IMG/VR virus record: IMGVR_UViG_3300020473_000024
Location: 1 to 64,000 of that record
DNA: 64,000 nucleotides
Strand: one strand, 5' to 3'
From: a virus
Position 1 is the first letter of the stretch. The number at the start of each line of letters is the position of its first letter. The notes beneath the pieces were generated by a model. It made no database searches, was not told where the DNA came from, and saw only the letters and a program-made list of their open reading frames with translations. A program made the position numbers and the translations under genes. Below, piece after piece: positions 19,837-29,969 of the stretch.

Positions 19837-20842
19837 ACTCCACTCCCAGATCTTTACACATACTCTCCAATGTGGTAGGATCGTTATAATCACGGTGCAT
19901 ATAAAGAAGTAGGAACATTTCAGAGGCAATATCGAAGTAGTCGGCTACGATCTCTTCTTCAGTATCCCAGTGATTATATGTTACAGGGCTTGGATACCAC
20001 TTCTTATGCATCTTTAAAACAAACTCTAGACAGTCTTTTTTAGTGGTGAGGGGGTCTAGGTCTTTCTTAGCTGTTTTCTCCCCATAACGAGCTTTACAGA
20101 GCTTCCTAGGCAGGATATTATCGGTTTTGTCTCCGATAAGCATTTGAAAGCATAGAGACTTAAAGCCCATAACCCTGATCTTACCTTCTCCATCCACCCA
20201 TATTTTCCCTACTCCTTGTGGGATTAAGTAAGGCTCATCTGCTTTATCCATGTCATAGATACCGCCCTCTGTCTGCCAAGCGTCCTTATCTATTGTAGAT
20301 TGAATAAATTCACCGCTAGAAGCTAAGATGGAAAGTAGGTCATCACCTTCAACTCCGTACTGAGATTCTGAGGGGTAGTATTTGTAGAGGTATTCTTTGA
20401 CTTCTTTGAGGTAGAGGGGGCGAATATCATCCTTTCTGTTACCCTTGTACTCAACTATTGTGGCAACTTTCTTTCTGAAGTTATCTTCACCATCAAACAC
20501 AAGGACAAACTCTTCTGCTTTACAGGCTTCCATTATCCCTTTTATTAATGATTTACATATCTGGTAGGCGTGTTCTACTGGCTCTACTTCACGATCATCT
20601 TCTATTTCAAATTCTTCTAGTCTAAAAGGCTCTTTACCCTGCTCCAGCCTTTCCTTGTTTGTGTCTGCTAACCATCCCCCAGCTTTCTTACTGTGATGTC
20701 CATAAAACTCGGTTCGATTATCAAACTCCTTTTGTCTTCCTGAGGGGATGTGGGTGACAACTATATATCGCCTTTCTATAGCTGAAGCCGCTTTGAATGA
20801 TATGATATCAGCGTCTATAGCTACTTTCTTCGGTAGGTTCAT
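19820..20842 (-). CDS. 5'-3' exonuclease (T7 gp6/FEN-like)
   Basis: IDAD, NFR....YKGNR, EGDD, DKD, GDKTDNI. Confidence 0.9.
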   Translation of the reverse strand: MNLPKKVAIDADIISFKAASAIERRYIVVTHIPSGRQKEFDNRTEFYGHHSKKAGGWLADTNKERLEQGKEPFRLEEFEIEDDREVEPVEHAYQICKSLIKGIMEACKAEEFVLVFDGEDNFRKKVATIVEYKGNRKDDIRPLYLKEVKEYLYKYYPSESQYGVEGDDLLSILASSGEFIQSTIDKDAWQTEGGIYDMDKADEPYLIPQGVGKIWVDGEGKIRVMGFKSLCFQMLIGDKTDNILPRKLCKARYGEKTAKKDLDPLTTKKDCLEFVLKMHKKWYPSPVTYNHWDTEEEIVADYFDIASEMFLLLYMHRDYNDPTTLESMCKDLGVEYDRDV

Positions 20843-20858
20843 TACTTCTCCTGTAACG

Positions 20859-20882
20859 AAAGAAGGGGCAAGAAGCCCCTTT
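20859..20882 (-). terminator. intrinsic terminator
   Basis: AAGGGGC-loop-GCCCCTT hairpin with T tail on the - strand. Confidence 0.65.
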
Positions 20883-20917
20883 AATTAATCAAATTGTAGG
20901 TACACACTGTAGTGTGA

Positions 20918-21193
20918 TTATTCTTGCTCTTGTTCTTTTTTATTTTCTAAGATTTCTCGTGCATGTACTAAGGTCTCCGCTTCCTCATACTTGCGTTTAG
21001 TACTCTGTTCATCATAACAAGCCTTAGCAATCTTATTAAAATCACCAGCTGTGATGTTAAACTTCTGTTTAGCTACATCAGCAATATTTGATTGTAGATC
21101 CTTTAAGGCATCAATCTGAGTTTGAGCGTCTTTCCACTCTTTGATGTTCCCACGGAAACCTTCATCGTTTAAAATATACCCTTGAATATTCAT
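20918..21193 (-). CDS. putative dsDNA-binding protein (T4 DsbA/GapR-like)
   Basis: Small helical protein, I...AK..F.I....FNKIAK..Y. Confidence 0.5.
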   Translation of the reverse strand: MNIQGYILNDEGFRGNIKEWKDAQTQIDALKDLQSNIADVAKQKFNITAGDFNKIAKACYDEQSTKRKYEEAETLVHAREILENKKEQEQE

Positions 21194-21201
21194 ATCTCTC
21201 C

Positions 21202-22605
21202 TTACTTCTGAATGCTAGCGTCAATTTGTAGGTCTTTAGCCGCTTTAGCTGTCATCAGTTGCATAAAGTTATCGACTGTACCTAGAGCATTACCAGCTGT
21301 GCTATCTCCACCTCCAGCAAACACAGTTTGTGGAACATTGATTTGAGAAGCCGCTGAAGCCCATTCTTTGTTAATAGCTACTAGAGCTTCAAGTTTCTGA
21401 GCCAAAGCACCATCAGCCTCTAAGATTACACGTTTCTCATAAGCTTGTGCGTCAGCCGCTACTTGTACTGCTTGTGCATCAATGCGAGCTTTATCTAGAT
21501 TAATCTCAGAGGTTTGTTTAGCAATCTGAGCTTCTTCACGCTGACGTTCTGCTTCGATAAGAGCCAGCTGTTTGCTTGTCTCAGCATTAGTGGTTTTTTC
21601 AATCTGCTCCACTTCTGCTTTAGCTTGACGTTTAGCAATTTCTGTTTTACCAGCTTGAATAGCTAACAGACGTTGTTCTTCTTGCTCTTTACGCTCTTCA
21701 CGAGCTACGATACGACGACTAGCGGCATCTTTACGAGCTTGGATTTGTTGCTCAAACTTATCATCTGGGTCTAAGTCTTCTAAGATTGCACTACCTACTT
21801 TGATACCAAACTGCATAAAATCATGCTGTTCACGAATAGGCATACCATTCTTACCTAACACCTTCTGCATAACAATAACTTCTTGGCTAGTGTCACCTAC
21901 ACTTGAAGTATTTTCAGCACCTTCCGAGTTATTTGCTGTAGCATCGGAAGACACAACACCAGTGTTAATACGCTTCTTAACTTGCTCTACAACAGCACGA
22001 CCTTGTGCGATAGTATCACGGAAATCGGTCTTAAAGTTATCTCGTTCACCACCAGCATAGTATTCTTCCATCGTGTACATGTTAGCAACGCTGTCCATTG
22101 AAGCCACTACAGCTGGTTTCAGTAGTGCAGATACAAGACGCTCAGGACTACGATACATACGAGCCATTTCTAAGAAAGCTTCTTCCTCCTGAGGGATCTC
22201 AAAACGAGTGACTTGCTTGATATGCCCTGTCCAGTTGTCTGCCATACGGACTTTGTGTGGCGCTGATACGCTACTACCATCTGCCTGTGGGTTGTTTGTA
22301 TTAGAAACTGTAATAGCCCAAGGGTATTGATTACTGTAACCAAAACCTTCAAAATACCAACCTGTAGTACAAACAGCTTTCTCACTTCCGAAAACAGTCC
22401 GAACGTGTTGACAGTTACCACCATCGTTGTACTGAAAAGCACCACCTAGTAGCATCACTGCGGATAGAATAGAGGCGATAGAAATACCAACACTCTTAAT
22501 CTTTCGTTCAATACTATTAGCTTCTGTTTTAACAAAGAAGCCTACTGCGACTGAAACTAGAAGTAACAGAACACCCAAAATACCTAAAAACATAATATCC
22601 TCCAT
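21202..22605 (-). CDS. SPFH/band-7 domain membrane protein
   Basis: 2 N-terminal TMs, SPFH-like core, long AE-rich coiled coil. Confidence 0.75.
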   Translation of the reverse strand: MEDIMFLGILGVLLLLVSVAVGFFVKTEANSIERKIKSVGISIASILSAVMLLGGAFQYNDGGNCQHVRTVFGSEKAVCTTGWYFEGFGYSNQYPWAITVSNTNNPQADGSSVSAPHKVRMADNWTGHIKQVTRFEIPQEEEAFLEMARMYRSPERLVSALLKPAVVASMDSVANMYTMEEYYAGGERDNFKTDFRDTIAQGRAVVEQVKKRINTGVVSSDATANNSEGAENTSSVGDTSQEVIVMQKVLGKNGMPIREQHDFMQFGIKVGSAILEDLDPDDKFEQQIQARKDAASRRIVAREERKEQEEQRLLAIQAGKTEIAKRQAKAEVEQIEKTTNAETSKQLALIEAERQREEAQIAKQTSEINLDKARIDAQAVQVAADAQAYEKRVILEADGALAQKLEALVAINKEWASAASQINVPQTVFAGGGDSTAGNALGTVDNFMQLMTAKAAKDLQIDASIQK

Positions 22606-22659
22606 TTTGTATAAGGGGGCTTAACAGCCCCAATAAATTCTTTTAAAATCAACTACTTA

Positions 22660-23265
22660 TCAGAAGGGAATGTCATCATCAAAGTCGCTATCTTGGTCTG
22701 GCTGATTGTTCTGACTAGCCTGAGGGCTACTACTCTGTTGCTGTTGTTGCTGTTGCTGTGGAGCTTGCTCCTGACTACTGAATAGCTCTGGAAGGGCTTC
22801 TTTACCACCAGAGGCATACTTAAATAACACTTCCTCAGCGATTTTCACAGTGTCCTTTGCCAGATCTTCTGGTTTAGCTGTTTTCTTAGCTACTGCCGCC
22901 ACTAACGTTGCCGCATAGCCCATACAGCTTTGGCGCATAATCTGATCCTGATTACCACCTGACTTGCCTTGGTAGCCACCGCCTTTGCCGCCTTTGTTAC
23001 CACCCCGACCTTGATAACCGCCACCGTTTCCACCAGCTTGTTTTTTCTGGACAAGCTCTGGATTGCCTACTAGGTTGCTCCAATCATCAGGGTTATAAGT
23101 GAGTTTGATTGTATCGCCATTGTCAAAGGTTTTTGGTTTTTGCTTAATACCTAAGCTGATATTATTGTGCCAGTTGCCACTATCATCTTTAATATTGAGT
23201 TTATAAAAACCTTGTGGGTTCGGCTCTAATTTAAATACCTGACCCGTTACTGTTACATTTGCCAT
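22660..23265 (-). CDS. ssb: single-stranded DNA-binding protein
   Basis: OB-like N-terminus, Gly/Gln-rich linker, C-terminal DFDDDIPF. Confidence 0.8.
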   Translation of the reverse strand: MANVTVTGQVFKLEPNPQGFYKLNIKDDSGNWHNNISLGIKQKPKTFDNGDTIKLTYNPDDWSNLVGNPELVQKKQAGGNGGGYQGRGGNKGGKGGGYQGKSGGNQDQIMRQSCMGYAATLVAAVAKKTAKPEDLAKDTVKIAEEVLFKYASGGKEALPELFSSQEQAPQQQQQQQQSSSPQASQNNQPDQDSDFDDDIPF

Positions 23266-23270
23266 ACTGA

Positions 23271-23429
23271 TTACTCTCCTTTCTCTTCTTCACGTTTCGT
23301 TTTGTTGTAAGGTCGTTTATAATTACCTCCCTTACCCTTGCCACTGTTGTTAGGATTGCCCCAACGATGAGATAAGAATACTTCTAGGAAGTCCTTTTCT
23401 CGCTGTTTCTTAGTGCTTGTATATGTCAT
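23271..23429 (-). CDS. small basic protein (52 aa, not in ORF track)
   Basis: AGGAGG RBS; MTYTSTKKQREK... Confidence 0.55.
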   Translation of the reverse strand: MTYTSTKKQREKDFLEVFLSHRWGNPNNSGKGKGGNYKRPYNKTKREEEKGE

Positions 23430-23461
23430 TATACCTCCTCTGCTTCAATAAAGTGACAGGT

Positions 23462-23489
23462 AGTATACCACACAATAAACTCCTGTCAA
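23462..23489 (-). promoter_or_regulatory. sigma70-type promoter
   Basis: TTGACA-16-TATACT with extended TG. Confidence 0.7.
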
Positions 23490-23503
23490 CCCCTATTTAT
23501 AAA

Positions 23504-24353
23504 TTAATGGCACTGCGCCCAGTTGCGCCCCAGCTGGTAGCCAGCGGTGAGGTCAACACGTAAGTTATAGAACTTACCTCCTTCTTCGATAGACTTAACT
23601 GCTAACTCTCCAGCTCTGCTGTAGCCACACCACCAAACTCCGTTGGCGTGTCCGATATCACTAAACACCTTCCCTGTAGATTCCTCCATCTGAGCCTTCC
23701 ACTCCTCAGCTTCTTCCTCAGACTTGAATGACTTAATCTTAACGTTACGGGTGTGCTCTTCCATCTGACTTTCATCATGGTAAAATATGATAGCCTCAGC
23801 TTCAAGGTTTTCATCTCTCACCCAACGATCCCAGTAGACAGCGGCACGTTTCATACAGATAACGCCAGCTGATTGGAATAAAGTATTTACTAGGCTGTGT
23901 CTAGAACGAGCCATAAGCTTTCTTCCATCAACACCCACTATAAACTTCTTATCGTTGTCTGTCCAGTGTTTTTCTAATGCTTTCTTTAAAAGAGCAAGAG
24001 GCTTAGAAGCTTCCCAAAATGCGTTGAATACACGTTGAGCATGATCCAAACTCCATCCCATTTGTTTAGCAATCTTAGGTGGTTGAGCACCATAAGAGGA
24101 GCTATACTTTAATACTTTAGCACTATCCCGATCCACCCCCATTTTTTCAGCATTAACAGAATGTATGTCGTGTGGCTTAGGAGATACCAGTGCTTTGGCA
24201 TACTCCTTCCCGTTGTAAGGAAGACAATAGTGAGCCTCTACACGAGCTTCCAAACCATCAGCATCACAACCTATCTGAACACTACCTTTTGGAACACAGA
24301 ACATGCTCCTCATAGGCTCTCCATACAAACTCGTAACACGGGGGATATTTGCA
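23504..24353 (-). CDS. polA: DNA polymerase family A, exon 2 (polymerase motifs A, B, C)
   Basis: DADGLEAR, R..AK...Y...YG, HDE; frame restored by splicing (V-V-A-N-I-P-R). Confidence 0.9.
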
Positions 24354-24361
24354 CTTTATAT

Positions 24362-25261
24362 TCACTCAAAGTCGCTAGCTTTGAGCCGTTCTCGTAAGCA
24401 AGAATGAAAGTATCTCCGAGTTGTTATCTCTTGTATCTTAAGTTCTTTAGAGATGTCTCCAAGAGATTTACCCTCTAGGAACATCCTTACTATAATACAA
24501 CCCAGTTCATCTTTTGTATAACCCAGATCAGTTGCTACTAGAAACCTTCTATTACCTTTGTCTAGATAACATCCTAACAACCTTCTAGCAGAGAAGTAGC
24601 CAATATTCATGGTCTTAGATATCTTCGTTAAAGTAGCACCTAAGGCATACATCTTTCTAACAACATAAGGATCTGTGTTATTGATCTCTTGATTGAATAG
24701 AGACATGTCTTGTTTGCTTATGTAGACTTTTGCAAAATGCCTGTGTCTACCAAGATCCCTAGATATTTTTGCGAAAGAGTACCCCTTTAGTGACTGCTTG
24801 TAAATAAACTCTGCAAGAAAAGAGGAATCTTTAAACCCTAGCGACTCTGCTGTCCTGTCCCTTTTTGAAGAGGAACTCTTACAGTTGGCGACATCTTTCA
24901 ATGTCTCTCCATACCTGTTAACAACCTTGTCTTGCGCCATTGTGTGCAAAGATTGATTACAGAGATTATAGTAGAGAGGGTTATTTGCGGCATCAACTTG
25001 CTCCAACAACTCCACTTCTTTTTTGGCAACAGCTTCTCTACTACCTTTAAAGAGGACTTCAACAGAGAATCTATCTCCTCTAGAGAAATCTTTAAAATAC
25101 TGGACACTGGCAGAGCTAGACCAATATTCTTTATCCTCTCTGTTACACCAAATAATCTCCTCTCCCTCGATAGAGACAATATCACATTCTTGTTTCATAC
25201 CTATGTAATATTTAGGTTTCGCGTCTTCTCTTTTATTAACTAATCTGTATACAATATTCAT
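24362..25261 (-). CDS. intron-encoded GIY-YIG (Seg-like) homing endonuclease
   Basis: IVY...N.......YYIG, YWSSS, E..L, YYN; C-terminal HTH-like repeats. Confidence 0.8.
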   Translation of the reverse strand: MNIVYRLVNKREDAKPKYYIGMKQECDIVSIEGEEIIWCNREDKEYWSSSASVQYFKDFSRGDRFSVEVLFKGSREAVAKKEVELLEQVDAANNPLYYNLCNQSLHTMAQDKVVNRYGETLKDVANCKSSSSKRDRTAESLGFKDSSFLAEFIYKQSLKGYSFAKISRDLGRHRHFAKVYISKQDMSLFNQEINNTDPYVVRKMYALGATLTKISKTMNIGYFSARRLLGCYLDKGNRRFLVATDLGYTKDELGCIIVRMFLEGKSLGDISKELKIQEITTRRYFHSCLRERLKASDFE

Positions 25262-25340
25262 TCTTGCTCCTAACTGCTTACAGTTTCCTGTAAGAATAGA
25301 CTATATCTTTGGTATATTAATAATAAACCGACTTACTATT

Positions 25341-25369
25341 ATTATACCACAGCCTGTTTCGATTGTCAA
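25341..25369 (-). promoter_or_regulatory. promoter inside the intron core for the homing endonuclease
   Basis: Perfect TTGACA-17-TATAAT with extended TG. Confidence 0.8.
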
Positions 25370-25574
25370 TGTTCTATAAGAACAGGAGCTTACAATCTAC
25401 GCCTTACGGCTAGTCGTTGAACCTTCTCCTATTCGGAGCTTGGCGGCTGATCACCCAATCTTCTACATTTTCAGACATTCACGCCTAGGCTTATTTCATC
25501 CTTACGTTGTAGTTGTAGAAGCTCTAAGGGCTTCCCAGCAATTAAAGCTGTTTTTTACGTGAGGCTAGCAATTA

Positions 25575-27199
25575 ACCACACGGTGTTGGAAACGCGATGT
25601 GTTGCACCCGCATGTATCCGCTGACGTAGGCAATCTACCATCATACTCCAGACGTGGATGGGCTAGGAAGCCTGTTCCATTAGGACTTAGTATGCTATTG
25701 CGTCTATGGCGGTAAGTCAACCAATGAACAATATCCTTGACATAAGCATATCTCTTACCCAACAACTCCAAGTTAGGGCAAAGCTTCTCCTTGTCGTCTC
25801 CATCAGTGTAAATAGGCTGTGTAATAACCTTAAGGGGTCGAGAGAGATCGTGGTTTATCAGCTTATCTCTCATCTCCGCAATAGAGTTGACTTTTAAATG
25901 TTCTAATCGGAAAGGCTCTAGAGGACTATCTTTTGTCTCATCTATGTACCTCTCACAACTCTCTAGGAACTTAACACGGTCTAGTTTACGTTTCTTGCTG
26001 TCAAGAGTCAGGTCTTTATCTTTAAACGCAATAGGATTCCACCCCTGCCCTACAAGGTAAGATTTAATATCCCCTTGGTTAGCCAAGCGCATAGGCTCAG
26101 TCATAGGAGGCATTTTCTTATCCTTAAGATCCTTTAAAGCCTGTTCCATCATCTCAGGGGGTAGAGGTTGCATTTCACCTTTCTCCCTGCTCTTCCTAAT
26201 AAAATCTGGCATGTCCTCTGGGTCAGTGATACCAGCTTGTTCACAGTATCTCTCCCCAGCCTTACTAATCGATCCATCTTGTTTAAAAGCTGTCTTAGGA
26301 GGAGCTTTAAACTTAAGTACCTCGTTGTCCACAGGATACCCCAACTTCTCCAACCACGACCAACCATGACTACTAATCTCCCCATTGTCGGTGAAAGGTT
26401 TAGCAGGATAACTAGGCTGTCTACTAGGAGGTAGTGGTCTAGGAGGTAATTTAGGCTCTACAACAGACTCTAATCGTTCCATTTCAGCATTAAGCCACTC
26501 CAAGTTTTCTTTGGCTAGCTGTTGGTCAAAAAAGAAGCCCTTTTCCTCACTACGTGATACTATCTCAGCAATAGCTTTTTCAACCCAATAGGCTTGATCC
26601 CAGTTCCAATTACCTTTCTCTTGGATGAGGTATTGGTAGACTTTCTCGTTTACTTCCACATCTCGAATACAATATTCGAGCATTTCAGGGTGGTATACAG
26701 CAAACTCAGCACCCTTGGGGTCACTGGGTGACACTAATCCCAACTCTTCGGCTTTAGCTCTCCAGTCAATCTTAGGCAATCCTAAAATCTTACCAAAGTC
26801 GTCTATTGAGTGACCCAACCTATCTGGGTTCAATGTTTTAGACAGCACAAGGGTGTCTTCAATAAAACAAGGCGATCCCTCTATTGTGTCCTCTAATGAC
26901 CAATTATTAGCCTCAGCCTCTTTAGGATCACAGGTATCGGCTACTGTGAAACTAATGCCTAGTAGCTTACTACAAGCTCTTAAGTCATAGTTAATTATGT
27001 TGTGACCTATTAGGACAGAACACTTCTTCAAAAACTTGCTGAACATATTCAAAGGGAACTCACACTCAGGGTGATCCCCGAATGTGAAGATCTCCTTCGT
27101 ATCAATATCTTTAGCAACAATACAGTGTATTTCTGTAATAGGATCTTCAACGTTAAGTAAGCCATTACCTTCTATATCAAATACGGCTCTTCTTCCCAT
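25575..27199 (-). CDS. polA: DNA polymerase family A, exon 1 (3'-5' exonuclease and thumb)
   Basis: FDIE, HNIINYD, YCIRDV, NTSRFQHR; ATG 27199 after AAGGAG; spliced product 824 aa. Confidence 0.9.
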
Positions 27200-27209
27200 C
27201 TCAATCTCC

Positions 27210-28847
27210 TTAAAAATCTGCTTCTGCATTCTCAAGCAAACCTGTTGTATCATTCATCTGGAATATATCAGCTATTCCTAGATAACCCCAAGGTCTGTTT
27301 TTAAGAACACTCCATCTCACTCTACCACGGCTCTTGTCTGGCATGATCTCAGGCTCTAGACCTAGTACAATCCACGATAATTGCTCCAGACCTGAAGCTC
27401 CTTTAAGATCTTCTTTTCTAACATTAACCCAGAAAGGCTCATTCTCCTTACCCTTTGGTGGTCTGAAGTCTTGAACAATATTTCGGTTAAGGTGGCTTAC
27501 AGCTATAATCCCTAGGTCATGTGATGCCACATAAGCCGCAAGCTCTACCATCGTTTTCTCTAGAGCGCTACGCTCATCGTTAGTGCCAAGTCCTGTCACT
27601 AGCATAGAGAGGTGGTCTAGGATTATGAAGTCAACATTATAAAGGTAGTGGAAGTTATTAATCTTCTTCATCAAATCTTCTAGAGGAATGCTTCCAAAAT
27701 GATCCAAGAATACAAACTTATCTTCGTCTCTACACCAATCATAAGCCTCTTTAAGCCGTTCATCATCAGCAAAGCTTTTAGGATCTTTCTTAAAGTGGTT
27801 GTAATTGACTTCTAGGTAACGAGCACCCATCCTCTGTAGTGTTTCGTCAGTCTCTTCCTCTAAGAAAATCATCCCCACCTTATGACCTTGCTCCGCTAAA
27901 TGGTAGGCTATCTCAGCTGTAGTGGTTGACTTGCCAGCACCAGAAGGAGCTGTAATAACTGTCAACTCTCTTACACGGAAGCCGTGGATCTTCTCCATAA
28001 GCCGAGGAAATGTAGGAACATAAACACCCTCTTCTCTTTTCCGTGTAAATGCCTCAAAACCAATATCTGAGGCTGTTACTACCTTATCGGCTTGGTACTT
28101 AACCCAACCAAAAGAAAGCATCTTTGTGAGCTTTTCACTGCCTTCTTCGAGGTAAACATCGTTAGGATCTTTCTGGTTAGATTTAGTCCAATCTAAAACA
28201 ACAACATCACTAGATAGGAGACTTGAGGCAACATTATCAGTACACTCCTTACCTCGGACAATGTGCTTTTTCTTCTCTCGCTCTGTTGCGGAGTCATTAT
28301 CAAAAGCTAGACGAATTTCTCCAAATTTAGATATGAAGTCCCCGTTAGCATGGATAGAATCAACTGCATTAGCCGCCCCACAATTTAATCCAACAACGTA
28401 AGGTCTCATCCCTACATATTTAGAAGTTGAATCAGCCCACTCAGCTAAAGCTTGGTAGGAGATAAGGGTGTCTTCCTCTCCTTCTACAATAATCACATTC
28501 TTCATAGGTCTGTCGTTTGTTTCAGCTAGTTGCTGACCAAACAGCTTACAGTTTACACCCACCTTACCTATAGCTGTGATATAATATCTATCCGATTTCT
28601 CTAGTGTAAGATCTTTTTTCTTCCAACCAGACAGCTTATTCTTCTGATCGTAGTAGGGGAAGTATATTGCCTGTGGTGTCTCTCCATCCTCGGAGGATAC
28701 AGACATTCTTACATTAAATTTGGTCGTTGTTTCTTTTGAAATACCTCGGTGGGTGAGGTCTGCGATAGGTAGTTTAGATACACTTTCTACGGTTTCTTTA
28801 GTTCTTGTCACTTTTACACTGCTTCCTTTATTCTTGAAGTACCCCAT
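27210..28847 (-). CDS. DNA primase-helicase (T7 gp4-like)
   Basis: TOPRIM EGEED, AFDND; SF4 APSGAGKST, ILDHL, LKGA..LEQ, LKNR. Confidence 0.92.
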   Translation of the reverse strand: MGYFKNKGSSVKVTRTKETVESVSKLPIADLTHRGISKETTTKFNVRMSVSSEDGETPQAIYFPYYDQKNKLSGWKKKDLTLEKSDRYYITAIGKVGVNCKLFGQQLAETNDRPMKNVIIVEGEEDTLISYQALAEWADSTSKYVGMRPYVVGLNCGAANAVDSIHANGDFISKFGEIRLAFDNDSATEREKKKHIVRGKECTDNVASSLLSSDVVVLDWTKSNQKDPNDVYLEEGSEKLTKMLSFGWVKYQADKVVTASDIGFEAFTRKREEGVYVPTFPRLMEKIHGFRVRELTVITAPSGAGKSTTTAEIAYHLAEQGHKVGMIFLEEETDETLQRMGARYLEVNYNHFKKDPKSFADDERLKEAYDWCRDEDKFVFLDHFGSIPLEDLMKKINNFHYLYNVDFIILDHLSMLVTGLGTNDERSALEKTMVELAAYVASHDLGIIAVSHLNRNIVQDFRPPKGKENEPFWVNVRKEDLKGASGLEQLSWIVLGLEPEIMPDKSRGRVRWSVLKNRPWGYLGIADIFQMNDTTGLLENAEADF

Positions 28848-28976
28848 GTTTCTCTTTAAGCTCCTTATTGATCTCAGCCAACTCTTCTAGCGTCCTCATC
28901 TTTTCTTTTTCAATAATACGGAGATAGTCAGAGAGAACATCCTTTCTGTATTGCAACTCTTTCTTTTTGTTGTGCA

Positions 28977-29285
28977 TTAGCCATCCTCACAAAAGTAGCT
29001 TGAGTAGTCCATCTCTTCAGCGATAAGTCGCTCTATTTCCTGTTGGTCTTCAACACAAAGTAGTGAGTAAAATGTATCCTCTTCCCATTCGGAGAAGTCC
29101 AGTTGTGTGTCATCCTCTCGCTCGACCATAGCACTGATAAAGTCGAAGGTGATAGAACTCTCTGTCTTTAACGTTAATGTTGACTCATCAACAATAGCTG
29201 GATCAAACGAGGTTACAACAACCTCTATTTCAATACTAGAAAAGCCCTCAGTTGAAGGGCTTCCTAATTCTAAATCTAACTTCAT
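28977..29285 (-). CDS. acidic hypothetical protein
   Basis: AAGGAG RBS; D/E-rich. Confidence 0.6.
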   Translation of the reverse strand: MKLDLELGSPSTEGFSSIEIEVVVTSFDPAIVDESTLTLKTESSITFDFISAMVEREDDTQLDFSEWEEDTFYSLLCVEDQQEIERLIAEEMDYSSYFCEDG

Positions 29286-29293
29286 AAAACTCC

Positions 29294-29716
29294 TTACTTT
29301 TCAAAACTGTGAATTAGTTCAGCTTTCTCTTTAAAGTCTTCATTAACTTCCCTTACATCTGCTCTAATGTAGACATAGAGTTTACAAAACCGTTCTGCTA
29401 ATTCTTTCTCCATATCTTCACTGTAGGAAATAGGAGTAAGGGCGTACTTACCTTTACTAACATTAACCAAGACAGCCTTACCCTTATAAAAGTAGAGATC
29501 ATATCTATCCTTACTCTCCTCTTTTTGCTTAGGAGTTATCTCCGCTATCTCTTCATCGCTTAGATTCAGGTTTACAATCTCCCCTGAACTATCACGAGCC
29601 TCCACCTTGTAGTAGGTGAGTCCATCTTTTTCGTAAAGTGTCTTTATAATCTTTACAAACGTATATTCACTTTCTTTCATCGTCTTCTCCCGAACATTGA
29701 TCAATAGAATAAACAC
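29294..29716 (-). CDS. hypothetical protein
   Basis: ORF in the operon (start probably 29680). Confidence 0.55.
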   Translation of the reverse strand: MFILLINVREKTMKESEYTFVKIIKTLYEKDGLTYYKVEARDSSGEIVNLNLSDEEIAEITPKQKEESKDRYDLYFYKGKAVLVNVSKGKYALTPISYSEDMEKELAERFCKLYVYIRADVREVNEDFKEKAELIHSFEK

Positions 29717-29969
29717 TTTCTTTTAGCTTTGTCCTTATGGTGGGAATGGCGTCTAGCTTGATCATCTCCCATTCGCTAGAATAGCCATCGATATCTCGCT
29801 CGATAACCACCTCTGCTCCTTCAAAATCAGTAATGTTAACATAGACGGATGCCTCTGTCAACCAGATCTTTTCAATATACACAAAAGCGCCTAACACACC
29901 TAACGAGAATACGCCTAGTGTGTATAACACCCAGCTAAATAACTTTTCCACGGCACTTCTCCTTATCAA
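29667..29969 (-). CDS. membrane-anchored hypothetical protein
   Basis: N-terminal TM. Confidence 0.55.
   Translation of the reverse strand: MIRRSAVEKLFSWVLYTLGVFSLGVLGAFVYIEKIWLTEASVYVNITDFEGAEVVIERDIDGYSSEWEMIKLDAIPTIRTKLKESVYSIDQCSGEDDERK

Larger units (their letters stand above)
24354..25574 (-). mobile_element. self-splicing group I intron (IA2-like) in DNA polymerase
   Basis: Exon ends in U; intron starts TAATTG and ends in G; P AATTGCTGGGAAG, Q GATCAGCCGCC, R GTTCAACGACTA, S AAGATATAGTCT; P9 CTTACAG-GAAA-CTGTAAG. Confidence 0.9.

Noticed and set aside
22733-22760. CAG/CAA trinucleotide run
   Set aside because: Encodes the ordinary poly-Gln linker of SSB
23504-27253. DNA polymerase as two genes or a pseudogene
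   Set aside because: Group I intron elements and exact frame restoration explain the split
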